Positions 29,983-40,502 of a stretch of DNA of 64,000 nucleotides are shown in pieces. The position numbers and the translations under genes were made by a program. The notes beneath the pieces are model-generated. The model had not been told where the DNA came from. It was given only the letters and a program-made list of their open reading frames with translations, and ran no database searches. Numbering within the stretch: position 1 is the first letter of the stretch; every line of letters begins with the position of its first letter. The stretch is from Bacteroidota bacterium (GTDB lineage Bacteria > Bacteroidota > Bacteroidia > JAFLBG01), in the NCBI GenBank assembly GCA_017303975.1, contig JAFLBG010000006.1:23126-87125 (forward strand), written 5' to 3'.

Positions 29983-31143
29983 TTAGCTTCTTCTTTTTTT
30001 CTCTTTGATAATTAAATTAAGCTCTCGTCCGGTTTGACCTTTTACTGAGGTGTTTTCTTGCGCACGTCTAATTAAATAAGGTAATACTTCCTTTACCGGG
30101 CCATAAGGAACATATTTTGCAACGTTATATCCTGCGGCAGCCAAATTAAAACTAATATGATCACTCATGCCAAATAGCTGAGAGAAATAAATGTGGGGGT
30201 GGTTGTTCGGAATATTATTTTTACTCATTAATTCTACTAGCAATAACGAACTTTTTTCGTTGTGTGAGCCGGCACAAATAGCAATTGAGGAAATATGATC
30301 TATGCAATACCGTAATGTTGCATCATACAAATTATCGGTGTCTGTTTTTGTATCATTAATAGGCGATGCATATGCAAGCTCTTTAGCGCGAAGGCGTTCT
30401 TTTTCCATGTAAGCACCTCTAACTAATTTAGCGCCCAACAAATATTTTTTTGCTCTAGCTTTTTCGTGCGATTTTTTCAAATAGTCCAATCTGTCTTTGC
30501 GATACAATTGAAATGTATTATAAACTATTACACGGGTTTTATTAAATTGTTCCATCATTTCATCCGCTAAGTCGTCCATTGCTTGCTGGATCCAACTTTC
30601 TTCTGCATCAATAAAAATTGGAATGTTGTTTTCAAAAGCAGATTTACAAATGATATAGATTCTGCTTTTTACTTTTTCAAATTCTTCTTTTTCTGTTTCA
30701 CTTAAAGTTTTATTTGCACTTACTTTTTCCAATAAAGCAAAACGAGCCAAACCGGTAATTTTAAAAACGCAGAAAGGTATATGTTTATTGTTTTTTGCTT
30801 TTTGAATGGTGGCTAGTGTTTCCTTAGCACAATTATCAAAATCTTGTTCGCTTTCTTTGCCTTCTACAGAATAGTCAAGAATAGCGCCAATGTTATATTG
30901 CCCCAATTTATTGATGGTCGATTCGCATTCCTCTATTGTTTCGCCTCCAACAAACTGTTTAAAAATAGTAGCCTTAATAATTGTTTTAATAGGGAAATTA
31001 ATTTTCAATGCAAACTCAGTAAGCGATTTTCCAACAGTTACAACGTTGCTATTGCCAATTAATTTAAACAACCAATATGCTTTGTTTAACGCACCTGTTG
31101 TTTTTGATGCAAAAGCTATCTCTGTATTCTCAAAAGAGACCAT
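29983..31143 (-). CDS. Proline dehydrogenase (PRODH domain)
   Basis: 386 aa. ILDYSVEGKE and C-terminal RRAQEN..V motifs are typical of monofunctional PRODH. P5CDH is encoded at the window end. Confidence 0.6.
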   Translation of the reverse strand: MVSFENTEIAFASKTTGALNKAYWLFKLIGNSNVVTVGKSLTEFALKINFPIKTIIKATIFKQFVGGETIEECESTINKLGQYNIGAILDYSVEGKESEQDFDNCAKETLATIQKAKNNKHIPFCVFKITGLARFALLEKVSANKTLSETEKEEFEKVKSRIYIICKSAFENNIPIFIDAEESWIQQAMDDLADEMMEQFNKTRVIVYNTFQLYRKDRLDYLKKSHEKARAKKYLLGAKLVRGAYMEKERLRAKELAYASPINDTKTDTDNLYDATLRYCIDHISSIAICAGSHNEKSSLLLVELMSKNNIPNNHPHIYFSQLFGMSDHISFNLAAAGYNVAKYVPYGPVKEVLPYLIRRAQENTSVKGQTGRELNLIIKEKKRRS

Positions 31144-31209
31144 ATATTTAAAGTATTTTAGTCTTATTTATGGAAATCTCTATAAATTTAAGTTAATTAT
31201 TCATTTGTT

Positions 31210-32313
31210 TTGAAAACTGGCAAAAAAACTAAAGCTGTTGTTAAGAATAACAAGTATCCTATAGTAATAGGTCATTCTATTGATTCTGCTTTTGTTAGCT
31301 TTATAAGAGTCAACAAAATTCCTGTAAAAAAAATTATATTTCTAACAGATGATAATGTTTTTCGATGTTGCCTAAAGCCAATTTTAAATTCTTCTTCAAC
31401 ACTTAGCAAAGCTCAGGTCCTTACAATTAAAAGTGGAGAAAAACATAAATCAATTAATACGGTTAATCGATTATGGCATTCTTTGTTGAAACTTAAAGCA
31501 GATAGGAATACCGTTTTGGTAAATATAGGAGGTGGTGTTGTAACAGATTTAGGAGGCTTTGTTGCTGCAACTTACAAAAGAGGAATTCGTTTTATAAATA
31601 TTCCAACTACGTTGCTTAGTATGGTTGACGCATCGGTAGGAGGAAAGGTGGGTATAGATTTTGGAGGCGCAAAAAATCAGATTGGTTTGGTGAGCGATCC
31701 AATTGCAGTTTTTATAGGTTCCGATTTTTTGAGAACATTATCAGACAGGGAAATTCGCTCTGGTTTTGCGGAAATGATAAAGCATGCGTTATTAAGTAGT
31801 AAAAGCCTTTTCAGCACTACACAAAAAATTTCTCTTAAAGATGTTGCTAAGAATAATTTGTTTATAGAATTAATCAAGAAATCGGTAGAGTATAAAAATA
31901 AGATAGCTCAGAAAGATCCGTTAGAAAAAGGCATTCGTAAATTTTTAAATTACGGACATACCATTGGACATGCAGTTGAGGCTTTGTTGATGAATAAAGG
32001 TAAACGCCAATTGTTGCATGGCGAAGCAATAGCAATTGGATTAATTTGCGAAACTTATTTGTCTTTCAAAATTTTAGGGTTTCCTAAGATACAAGTAGAC
32101 GCAATGAAAAAAGATATTCTGTTAAAATACACTAAAGTTCGTTTTTCAAAACCGGATATTGAAGGAATTGTAAGGCTTACTTTGTTTGATAAAAAAAATG
32201 TTGATGGTAGAATTAATTTTACATTGCTAAAAGAAATTGGCTCTCCAACATTTGACAATTTTATTACATCTAAGATGATTCGCGAATCTATAGAATATTA
32301 TTTAGCAGATTGA
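31210..32313 (+). CDS. aroB: 3-dehydroquinate synthase
   Basis: NAD-binding GGGVVTDLGGFVAATY region and metal-binding His motifs (HALLS, HGEAIA). Confidence 0.85.
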   Translation: MKTGKKTKAVVKNNKYPIVIGHSIDSAFVSFIRVNKIPVKKIIFLTDDNVFRCCLKPILNSSSTLSKAQVLTIKSGEKHKSINTVNRLWHSLLKLKADRNTVLVNIGGGVVTDLGGFVAATYKRGIRFINIPTTLLSMVDASVGGKVGIDFGGAKNQIGLVSDPIAVFIGSDFLRTLSDREIRSGFAEMIKHALLSSKSLFSTTQKISLKDVAKNNLFIELIKKSVEYKNKIAQKDPLEKGIRKFLNYGHTIGHAVEALLMNKGKRQLLHGEAIAIGLICETYLSFKILGFPKIQVDAMKKDILLKYTKVRFSKPDIEGIVRLTLFDKKNVDGRINFTLLKEIGSPTFDNFITSKMIRESIEYYLAD

Positions 32314-33578
32314 GTTACCTTCTTAAATATACAGGAGATAAAGTTGTTGGCAGAATTCAATTGCCTGCCTCTAAAAGTGAATCAAACAGACTGCTAATTA
32401 TACATGCGCTTTGCAACGATAATTTTACAATTAAGAATATTTCTGAGAGTAATGATACCAAGTCGTTGCAAGAAGCATTGCAGCTAATTAAAGCTAAAAG
32501 TGCTAATGTAGTTGATGTTGGTGATGCCGGTACATCTTTTCGTTTTTTAACTGCATTACTTTCTATAACAGAGGGTACTTGGTTTTTGAAGGGCAGTTCG
32601 AGAATGCACCAGCGGCCAATAAAACCCTTGGTAGAAGCATTAAAACAAATTGGAGCAGATATCGAATATCTAGAGTCTGTTGGTTTTCCACCCTTGAAAA
32701 TTATTGGAAAAAAGTTAGAAGGAGGTACTGTAAATATTACGGGTGCTATTAGCAGTCAGTTTATTTCTGCATTATTACTTATTGCGCCTGCTTTAAAGGA
32801 TGGTTTGAGTATTACTATAAACGAAGGGATTGTATCTGAATCGTATTTTAAAATGACCACGGAGATGATGAATCTTTTTGGTGTACGTGTGCAGAGAAAA
32901 GAGAATACGTTAGTTGTAAATTCAGGAAAGTACCGAACTCATTTGTTGGATAGAGATGAAAATAATATTTCTTTTTATACTGTAGAATCAGATTGGTCTG
33001 CGGCTTCTTATTGGTATTCTGTTGCTGCACTTTGTAAAGAGTGTACACTAACTCTAGTCGGATTAAAGAAAGACAGTTGGCAAGGAGATGCAGCGGTTGC
33101 ATCTATATATAGGCACTTTGGGGTGCATACAATTTACGAGTTACAAGAAATAGTTTTACAAAAGCATATGTCGGATACGAATCTAGTTGAGTTTGATTTT
33201 ATTAATTGTCCTGATTTAGCACAAACAGTAAGTGTTACTGCGGCATTTACAACTAATTCGTTTTTGTTGAATGGATTGCAAACATTGAGAAATAAGGAAA
33301 CCGACAGACTAACAGCACTTAAAAACGAATTGATTAAACTGAATGTAAACGTTGGAATAATAGATAATTCATTACGAATTGACTCTCGAAAGCCTGAAAT
33401 AGCTGAACTTGTAAGTATTCATGTGTATGATGACCATAGAATGGCCATGTCTTTTGCTGTTTTGGTATTTGTAATGGGATCTATACGTATTGAAAATCCG
33501 GAGGTGGTAAAAAAATCATATCCAAATTTTTGGATTGATTTGAGAAGTGTGGGAGTGGAGATTATTCCAAATGAATAG
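32310..33578 (+). CDS. aroA: 3-phosphoshikimate 1-carboxyvinyltransferase (EPSP synthase)
   Basis: LPASKSESNRLLI motif. ~420 aa. ATGA overlap with aroB. Confidence 0.9.
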   Translation: MSYLLKYTGDKVVGRIQLPASKSESNRLLIIHALCNDNFTIKNISESNDTKSLQEALQLIKAKSANVVDVGDAGTSFRFLTALLSITEGTWFLKGSSRMHQRPIKPLVEALKQIGADIEYLESVGFPPLKIIGKKLEGGTVNITGAISSQFISALLLIAPALKDGLSITINEGIVSESYFKMTTEMMNLFGVRVQRKENTLVVNSGKYRTHLLDRDENNISFYTVESDWSAASYWYSVAALCKECTLTLVGLKKDSWQGDAAVASIYRHFGVHTIYELQEIVLQKHMSDTNLVEFDFINCPDLAQTVSVTAAFTTNSFLLNGLQTLRNKETDRLTALKNELIKLNVNVGIIDNSLRIDSRKPEIAELVSIHVYDDHRMAMSFAVLVFVMGSIRIENPEVVKKSYPNFWIDLRSVGVEIIPNE

Positions 33579-34920
33579 ACTTAGCAATAAACTTAAATCT
33601 AGCATACAGTGCAACTGCAGAAAAAAGTAGTCCGACTGAAAGTCCCCACCAAATGCCTTGTACACCCATATTAAGAGTAAAAGCTAAAAAATATCCAACC
33701 GGTAGTCCTATTATCCAATAGGCAAAAAGTGTTGTAATGGTGGGTATTTTAGCATCCTTTAGTCCTCTCAATGCTCCCAACCCAACTACCTGTGCTCCGT
33801 CAAACAACTGGAAAATTCCTGCAATAACAATAAGAGACGCTGCCATTTCAATTACTTCTATGTCTTTGCTGAATAACAGAGGAAAATAGTTTTTGCATGC
33901 AATCAACAAAATACAGCTCAATGACATAAATGCAAGTACCAATATAAATCCACTATTCCCGGATATTTTAATATGCTCTTTGTTTCTTTCGCCTACTGCA
34001 TTTCCAACTTTTACGGATACTCCTGCCGATATACCGCTTGCTATCATATAAGTTGCTGCTGCAATACTCACGGCAATTTGATGTGCCGCTTGTTGTTTTG
34101 TGCCAAGCCAGCCTGCCATAATTACTGCGCAACTAAAGGCTCCCACCTCAAAAACCCACTGTAGGCCGGACGCAACTCCTACTTTAAACAATGCGTATAT
34201 TTCTTTAAAATCAGTTTTTTCTTTTATGAAATTTGAGGAATAAGCTTTGAACTTTTTATTTGTAAAAATATACATACTCATTCCAATTGCCATGATAATT
34301 CGTGCATACAGGCTTGCCCAGGCTGAGCCTAAAACACCCATTTTCGGAAATCCCCATTTGCCAAATATCAAAACGTAGTTTAAGAAGATATTTACTACAT
34401 TGCCTGCAACACTAATAAACATAGCTATTTTGGTGTCAGATAAACCTTCAGCAAATTGTTTGAACGCAGAAAAAATACTTAACGGAATAAGCGAAATAGT
34501 TAATATTTCCAAAAATGGAATAGCAATTTCTACTACATCCATTGGTTGATCAAGTTTTCGGAGTAAGGGGGAGGATGCTATTAAAATAAGCACCAATATC
34601 ATATTTACCAGAAAATTTAAAACCAACGAGTTTTTTAGTAGAGCCTTTATTTTAGAATGATTGTTTTGCGCATCTGCCTCTGCGGCATAAGGTGTTACTC
34701 CAAATGCAATTCCAATGCCGAATACTAATAAAATGTAAAATAAACTACCTGCTAAAGCTACTCCGGCTTGTGCAGTAGTGCTTACTTGGCCAACCATGGC
34801 GGTATCTACAATGCCTACGGTAATATGCCCCAGATTGCTGAGGCATACAGGATATGCTATCTTTAAAATGTCATAATAACTTTTTTTGTATGGCGCGGAT
34901 AATAGCATGGATGGGCGCAA
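33562..34920 (-). CDS. MATE family efflux transporter
   Basis: 452 aa, 12 TM, with the two-repeat MATE architecture. Confidence 0.8.
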   Translation of the reverse strand: MRPSMLLSAPYKKSYYDILKIAYPVCLSNLGHITVGIVDTAMVGQVSTTAQAGVALAGSLFYILLVFGIGIAFGVTPYAAEADAQNNHSKIKALLKNSLVLNFLVNMILVLILIASSPLLRKLDQPMDVVEIAIPFLEILTISLIPLSIFSAFKQFAEGLSDTKIAMFISVAGNVVNIFLNYVLIFGKWGFPKMGVLGSAWASLYARIIMAIGMSMYIFTNKKFKAYSSNFIKEKTDFKEIYALFKVGVASGLQWVFEVGAFSCAVIMAGWLGTKQQAAHQIAVSIAAATYMIASGISAGVSVKVGNAVGERNKEHIKISGNSGFILVLAFMSLSCILLIACKNYFPLLFSKDIEVIEMAASLIVIAGIFQLFDGAQVVGLGALRGLKDAKIPTITTLFAYWIIGLPVGYFLAFTLNMGVQGIWWGLSVGLLFSAVALYARFKFIAKSIHLE

Positions 34921-34971
34921 AGATATAATAATCCTAGAATTTAAAGGATATTTGAACTCTTACATCTTCAT

Positions 34972-36678
34972 TTGTTATTTTTTTTTAGGTTTGATGAAAA
35001 TTATGTTTCAATGTTTAATGATCTAAGGAAAGTAAAGTTTTATGAATTTATTCTTCTTTTCATTTATCTTGTTTTATCGATTGCGTTATTCCCAATTTTA
35101 AGCTATTATGTTGACAACAGTGATACCTTACAATATTTAACCATTGCACAAAAGTATGTTGAAGGCGATTTTTATAACGCATTAAATGGTTTTTGGGGCC
35201 CTTTGACTTCTTGGCTTTTAGTTCCCTTTTTATGGATAGGTGCAGATCCAATTTTTTCATTTAGAGTGCTTCAAATTACTATTGGGATGTTTATTTTGCA
35301 CTACTCCTTTTTTTTTATAGAAAAACAACAAATAAATGAATGGCTTAGGAAAGGCTTAAAAATGGCTTTTGTGCCAATAATCTTGTCTTATGTTTTTAGT
35401 ACGATGACAGCCGATTTAACAATGCTTTTGTTTTTGCTGGTGTATTTAAAAATGTGTGTTGTTGACAGTAATAATCCATTCGTTTTTGGGGTAGTAGGAG
35501 CCCTGTTATATTTTTCTAAATCATTTGGTCTTCCATTTTTTCTTGTTCATTTTACTGCGTTTCAATTTTTTTCTTTTTTTAAGAAGGCCGAATTTATAGC
35601 TCGAAAAGCAGTTGTAAAGAAGTATTTTTTCGCAGTATTTGTATTCTCTATTATTAGTGGTGCTTGGATTTTACTACTAAGTTTCAAATACAATAAACTC
35701 ACAATTAGTTATTCAGCCACATACAACCTAAGTCCTGAAATTGTTACGAATATAAAAGGAAAGGAGTATCATCATCCATTTACAGAAAGGGGATTGTTAT
35801 TGCCTCCGTCAAACGAAACAGCAGTGTGTGCCTGGGAAGATCCTGCATCAATAAAAGTGGCAGGGTTTGATGCCTTTAGTTCTAAAGCAGCTTTTAAGAA
35901 TTATTTTTTAGTTGTAAAACGTAATTTTTTGAGTATTTATTATAATGATTTCAAAAGGCAGATTGGGATGATTTCAATCGTTTCTTTATTTGTATTTTTT
36001 CTTTTTATAAAAAAGCCATTCAGCAAGATTGGTTTTCTAGTTGGCGGGACTTTGTTTACAATTGCTCTTTTTTATTGTGGCTATGGGCTTGTGATTATCG
36101 AACCTAGATACTTATGGATAAATAATTTATTGTTGATAGTAGTTACTACTTATTTTATCTCGGAAATTATACGTGTAAGTAAGCTTGGTAAATTTATTGG
36201 CATCATTATTTTCTGTTTAATGTTGTTTGTTGTTATAAAAAGACCAATAAAGCAGCTTATTTTTATAGAGGATACGTCCGTAAGTCTTGAAGAGTTTTCT
36301 GAAACTATAAAAAGCCCTATTCTTAAACTGCAAGAAACATATCAAGCAGATAAGAATTTATTTCAACTTATTGATACGCTCAAAAAAAGACCAGATTTGA
36401 AAGGGCGTGTAGCATCACAAAAATTATCTAAGAAAAGAAATCAGTATGCATCCACTGCACTAATATCATTTTATTTAAGCAACCCGTATTATGGTCAATT
36501 GTCAAGCGATTTCAGTACTGCTCAAAATACAATTCAATTAAAAGAATATGGAATTGATTATTATTATGTATGGGATAAAAACAGTAATAGTAATATACTA
36601 AACAACACAACAGTTTTGTTCTATGATAGAGCAACCGGCCTTGAGATTCATTCTTTAAATAGTTTAGATGCTAAGTAA
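34972..36678 (+). CDS. Polytopic membrane protein, possibly a GT-C-type glycosyltransferase (ArnT/PMT-like)
   Basis: At least 10 TM segments followed by a large C-terminal soluble domain. The start is probably the Met at about 35011. Confidence 0.35.
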   Translation: MLFFFRFDENYVSMFNDLRKVKFYEFILLFIYLVLSIALFPILSYYVDNSDTLQYLTIAQKYVEGDFYNALNGFWGPLTSWLLVPFLWIGADPIFSFRVLQITIGMFILHYSFFFIEKQQINEWLRKGLKMAFVPIILSYVFSTMTADLTMLLFLLVYLKMCVVDSNNPFVFGVVGALLYFSKSFGLPFFLVHFTAFQFFSFFKKAEFIARKAVVKKYFFAVFVFSIISGAWILLLSFKYNKLTISYSATYNLSPEIVTNIKGKEYHHPFTERGLLLPPSNETAVCAWEDPASIKVAGFDAFSSKAAFKNYFLVVKRNFLSIYYNDFKRQIGMISIVSLFVFFLFIKKPFSKIGFLVGGTLFTIALFYCGYGLVIIEPRYLWINNLLLIVVTTYFISEIIRVSKLGKFIGIIIFCLMLFVVIKRPIKQLIFIEDTSVSLEEFSETIKSPILKLQETYQADKNLFQLIDTLKKRPDLKGRVASQKLSKKRNQYASTALISFYLSNPYYGQLSSDFSTAQNTIQLKEYGIDYYYVWDKNSNSNILNNTTVLFYDRATGLEIHSLNSLDAK

Positions 36679-36765
36679 AGTTTGTAAGAATAGTATTACA
36701 ACAAGTGGATACTTGCAAAACGCTTTTTTACTTCGATTTGTAAACCGTGTAAATATAATGTTGGG

Positions 36766-37146
36766 CTACTTATACGCACGTATGAGCACGGAGGTTGGTA
36801 TTTGCAGAGCAGCGTGCAATTGACGGATCATTTCAAGAGTAAGCTTTCTCTTCTTGTTTAGAATTTCGCTTACACGGCTCTTTAATCCCACTACTTTGGC
36901 AAGTTCAGTTTGATTATATCCTAATTGTTCCATTCTAAATTTAATAGCTTCAATAGGATCCGGAAAGCCAATTGGAAAATGTTCGTCTTCGTACTTCTCG
37001 ATGAGTATTGCTAAAATTTCTAATTCATCCCCATACTTAGAGCCTTTTTTGGCGTCAAATATTTCTTCCAAGCGTAGCAAAGCAGCTTGATAGTCCTTTT
37101 GTGTTTTAATCGGTTTAATAGTCATTTTGTCAAATTTTAGTTGCAT
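36766..37146 (-). CDS. higA: HigA-family antitoxin (XRE-type HTH)
   Basis: 126 aa. C-terminal HTH (QTELAKVVGLKSRVSEILNKKRKLT). Immediately downstream of HigB and overlapping it. Confidence 0.75.
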   Translation of the reverse strand: MQLKFDKMTIKPIKTQKDYQAALLRLEEIFDAKKGSKYGDELEILAILIEKYEDEHFPIGFPDPIEAIKFRMEQLGYNQTELAKVVGLKSRVSEILNKKRKLTLEMIRQLHAALQIPTSVLIRAYK

Positions 37147-37423
37147 CTATTCTATCGTATTCGGCATGTGTTCCTATAAACCGAATCCAAATCATTCCAT
37201 AATCATAATTTATTCGAACAATAAGACGATACTTATTCCCCTTAACATTAAATACCACCCGATTGTTTATTAAAAAGCTAGCCGAAGGGTATGCCGCCTT
37301 AATTGGCTTTGAGCTTTTCCAGTAAGCCTCAGAAGCTTCCTGATACCAAGCCATTAATTGTTCCTTACAATCGGAATGTTTGATCCAAAAGTCGCGTAAT
37401 ATTTTTTTAGAAATAACTCTCAA
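37130..37423 (-). CDS. higB: HigB-family toxin (RelE/ParE superfamily mRNA interferase)
   Basis: 97 aa. Motifs VFNVKGNKYRLIVRINY...IRFIGTHAEYD are typical of HigB. The start codon is TTG (no ATG available). Confidence 0.7.
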   Translation of the reverse strand: MRVISKKILRDFWIKHSDCKEQLMAWYQEASEAYWKSSKPIKAAYPSASFLINNRVVFNVKGNKYRLIVRINYDYGMIWIRFIGTHAEYDRIDATKI

Positions 37424-37492
37424 GTAAACTTCTTTTTACAAATGTACACAATAGTTCCCAAAATGGGAAATTATTTTAGAGTAGACTTTATA

Positions 37493-39571
37493 CTAAAATT
37501 TATAAGATAGTTGTGTTCTTACATCTGTACGTGTATTTCCATTAATTTCATTTAAACTTCCGGCACTTATAACATTTACATTATCATAAATAGTTTGGGA
37601 AAGTCTTAGCCATAGCGTAAGATGCTTGTTTATAGTGTAATCCAGTAGTATATAAAATCTGGAACCTTTGTAGTAATAGGCGGGTATAGAGTAAGAGCCC
37701 GGAACATCATTTTCAAATACATATATTCGTGAGTTGTAGCTTTCTGTGTCAAATAGTGCATAGCGAGCAGTAAATGTAATTTTACCCTTAGGCTTTTTTA
37801 TTGATAAATCGCAATAGGTAATAAATGCATATTCCTTTTTGTTGGCTTGGTTTAAAAGATGCAGCAGTTCTATGCGTTGCTGTATTTTTATACTTTGCGT
37901 TGCTTGAAAACTACTGTTTACTCTATAGTTTTCTTGCTCTATAAGTGATGTAAAGTCAATACGTTCGTTGTTAGTACTGTTTTTAAATTTATCTCTTTTT
38001 CGATATCGTGCATACATGCTAAATTTTTTTGTAGGCTCGTAGTTTAGCTGAATAAAACGGTCGTATCCGTAGGAAGGTGCATCAATCTGATATCGTAGCC
38101 ACGGAAACACAAAAATATCGTGATATGCATTAAGGGTAGTAGCGTTATTTATTTTAATCGTTGTTCCAATGTAGAAACCTTTCTCATTCCATGGATTACT
38201 GCCTTCTCCAAAAGGATTACTTAGTAGTGCTTGGTATTTTAGTTGGTAGTTTCTATACAATAAGCTTACCGAAACTCTTGAGTCGATTGACGCCATTAGT
38301 CCATTAACGGTAGCTATTCCACCACTATTGCTATAAGCAATTTCTCCAAATAGGTTTATGTTTTTCCAAAGATAGTTGTAGTCCGCTCCAATATTATACA
38401 ACTCTTTTCCTGTAAATTCATATAAGCTATACGGTTGTAAATTTCTGGCTAGTGGATTACTAAATTGTGTATGCAGTGCTGTAATGCCTAGTTTTAGCTG
38501 ATTGTGAGTGTAACACATATTTCCCCCAACAATTGTTTGGGCGCTATTTTTTCGATAGGCTATTTCGTTGGCGGTAGCATGAATTCCTGTTTCTTGCAAC
38601 GATGTGATAGTTTGTAGTTCTCCATTATCTAAGGTGTCTCCGGCTGTAGCATCTACTAGTTTGTGCGAAGCAAACAAGGTGTAATTAATTTTATTTGTCT
38701 GAATAGTGATGGCAGCGCCTCTTAAAAAATTAGTTTCGTTTATAGAAGTATACGGTTTGATGCCAACTGCATTTCGTTTGATGTTTAAAGCGTCAGATGT
38801 TTTAGAGAATCCTAAGTTAGCCCACATTACCAGTCCTTGACCAAAGTTTACCACATAATCGCCCAGTACAAGTGCTTTTATTTTTCCAATGTTCTTAAGA
38901 AATAGGTTCGCGCTATAATAATCGAATCCGTTTTTTTGAGTTCCTCTAAAGAATTCTTCTCCCGCATCTTTTTCTGCAATAAAATTTATTCCGATTTTAT
39001 TCGCATAGTTAAATTTGTATCTAAAAAAAAGTTTATCCGGAGAACCCAAGTATCGTGCGTTGGGATTAGCGTTTAGTGCAGAATCTGTGATGGGGGAGAA
39101 TCCTTTTTGCTTCTCCAAAACTCTCGAGTTGCGTATAATTAGTTCGTTTTTTCCCTCTTTTAGAATTGTTTTAAACGATAACGATTCAATTGTATTGTTT
39201 TTTAACGTTACATACGGGAGTAGTGTATATATAGTTGTTAGGTCAAATCCATCAATACTTTGTAGTTCTTGAATAGCAATAAGTTTTCCGTGTTTGCGAA
39301 TGTGATTGAAAAAATTGATTAATTGTATTTCGGATAATAAGTGTAGCTCCGAAAGAGGTTCATATCCGGTGTTGTTTAGGTTAATCGGATTAAATTTATA
39401 GTATTCTATTTGCTCTAAAATGTGTGTGTAATCTAGATCTTCGCTATTCGTGTTTTCTGCAATATTTTCAAGCTTTTGGTTTATAAGCTGATTGTCCGAT
39501 TGCGCATAACTTGCAAAGGTTAGCAGAGTGTAACATACTACTGCAAAGAATGATTTACTTTTCCTCCGCAT
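37493..39571 (-). CDS. Outer-membrane beta-barrel protein with N-terminal ComEA-like helix-hairpin-helix domain
   Basis: Signal peptide. An HhH region (INLN..G.EPLSEL.LLS...LINFF..I.KHGK...IQEL..I.GF....I..LLPYVTL). About 570 aa of amphipathic beta-strand-like sequence ending in the terminal Phe (SYKF) that OMP barrels characteristically have. Confidence 0.5.
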   Translation of the reverse strand: MRRKSKSFFAVVCYTLLTFASYAQSDNQLINQKLENIAENTNSEDLDYTHILEQIEYYKFNPINLNNTGYEPLSELHLLSEIQLINFFNHIRKHGKLIAIQELQSIDGFDLTTIYTLLPYVTLKNNTIESLSFKTILKEGKNELIIRNSRVLEKQKGFSPITDSALNANPNARYLGSPDKLFFRYKFNYANKIGINFIAEKDAGEEFFRGTQKNGFDYYSANLFLKNIGKIKALVLGDYVVNFGQGLVMWANLGFSKTSDALNIKRNAVGIKPYTSINETNFLRGAAITIQTNKINYTLFASHKLVDATAGDTLDNGELQTITSLQETGIHATANEIAYRKNSAQTIVGGNMCYTHNQLKLGITALHTQFSNPLARNLQPYSLYEFTGKELYNIGADYNYLWKNINLFGEIAYSNSGGIATVNGLMASIDSRVSVSLLYRNYQLKYQALLSNPFGEGSNPWNEKGFYIGTTIKINNATTLNAYHDIFVFPWLRYQIDAPSYGYDRFIQLNYEPTKKFSMYARYRKRDKFKNSTNNERIDFTSLIEQENYRVNSSFQATQSIKIQQRIELLHLLNQANKKEYAFITYCDLSIKKPKGKITFTARYALFDTESYNSRIYVFENDVPGSYSIPAYYYKGSRFYILLDYTINKHLTLWLRLSQTIYDNVNVISAGSLNEINGNTRTDVRTQLSYKF

Positions 39572-40406
39572 TTTTTGCCGATTTGTTTACCGAAAATGCA
39601 ATGCCAATTTGCGATGTAATGCCTAGCACCGGATGGAAATTAGAGGATATGTCTGTTTGTAGATTTCCAATTTTGTAGCCAAAACCTAAGGATAGTAATG
39701 CGTAATTCGGAGCACTAGCAACACCTGCTCGTATGGCAAGTGCTTTGATAGGAGTGTATTCGACACCGGTTTTAAGCAATGCACTATTCAAATTGTTTTT
39801 TTCTGTTTCGGCTGTAAGCTGTACTTTATCAGAGAAACTATAGCCAATTCCTATGCGAAGTGTGGTTGGTATTTTTTCTTGTGCAGTATAGGCTGCTTTT
39901 GTTACATTAAATATATGAGCCCCAACAGTTAAATTTTTGGTTGGTTTGCCAATAAACCCAATTTCTCCTGCCACTGCACTTTTGCTGCCATATCCTTCGG
40001 CTATTCGGGTGTTTAAGTATGCAAACTGTACACCAACCGCAAAATTATTGGTTAATAGTTTGGCAAACGATAGCCCAATTTTGTTGTCTTGGTATAGCTT
40101 GTAGCCAAAGTTGGTCACCAATAAGCCGAGGGTAGCCTTTTTTATAGGTAAAGCCACAACTAAGCTCTTTAGGCTAATTTCTTTTATAAAAAAACGATTT
40201 TCGTAGTAAAGTGCCGAAGAATAGTCCTTGGTATAGGCTAGTCCGGCTTGATTGTGTTGGGCGCTCCAACTATCTTGTAAAACAACAGATGAGTTGCCCA
40301 TAGCTGCCGATCGAGCCCCGACACTATAATTGAGTGTGCTCCCAAAACCAAGTGTAGTTAGTTTTTGTAAGCTTATAAGTGTAATAAATAGGATACTGTT
40401 TTTCAT
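39555..40406 (-). CDS. Outer-membrane beta-barrel protein, PorV/PorQ/FadL-like
   Basis: Signal peptide. GARSAAMGNSSVVLQDSWSAQHNQAGLA resembles the N-terminal signature of the PorV/PorQ/FadL-type families. Overlaps the downstream HhH-OMP gene by 17 nt. Confidence 0.4.
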   Translation of the reverse strand: MKNSILFITLISLQKLTTLGFGSTLNYSVGARSAAMGNSSVVLQDSWSAQHNQAGLAYTKDYSSALYYENRFFIKEISLKSLVVALPIKKATLGLLVTNFGYKLYQDNKIGLSFAKLLTNNFAVGVQFAYLNTRIAEGYGSKSAVAGEIGFIGKPTKNLTVGAHIFNVTKAAYTAQEKIPTTLRIGIGYSFSDKVQLTAETEKNNLNSALLKTGVEYTPIKALAIRAGVASAPNYALLSLGFGYKIGNLQTDISSNFHPVLGITSQIGIAFSVNKSAKNAEEK

Positions 40407-40502
40407 TCTAATCTACCTCGCAAAATAAATGTTTTTACCCAAAGAAATTAAATTTTTATTTATTGATAATTCAGGTTAATTGTTAAATTAGACAAATTAT
40501 TT

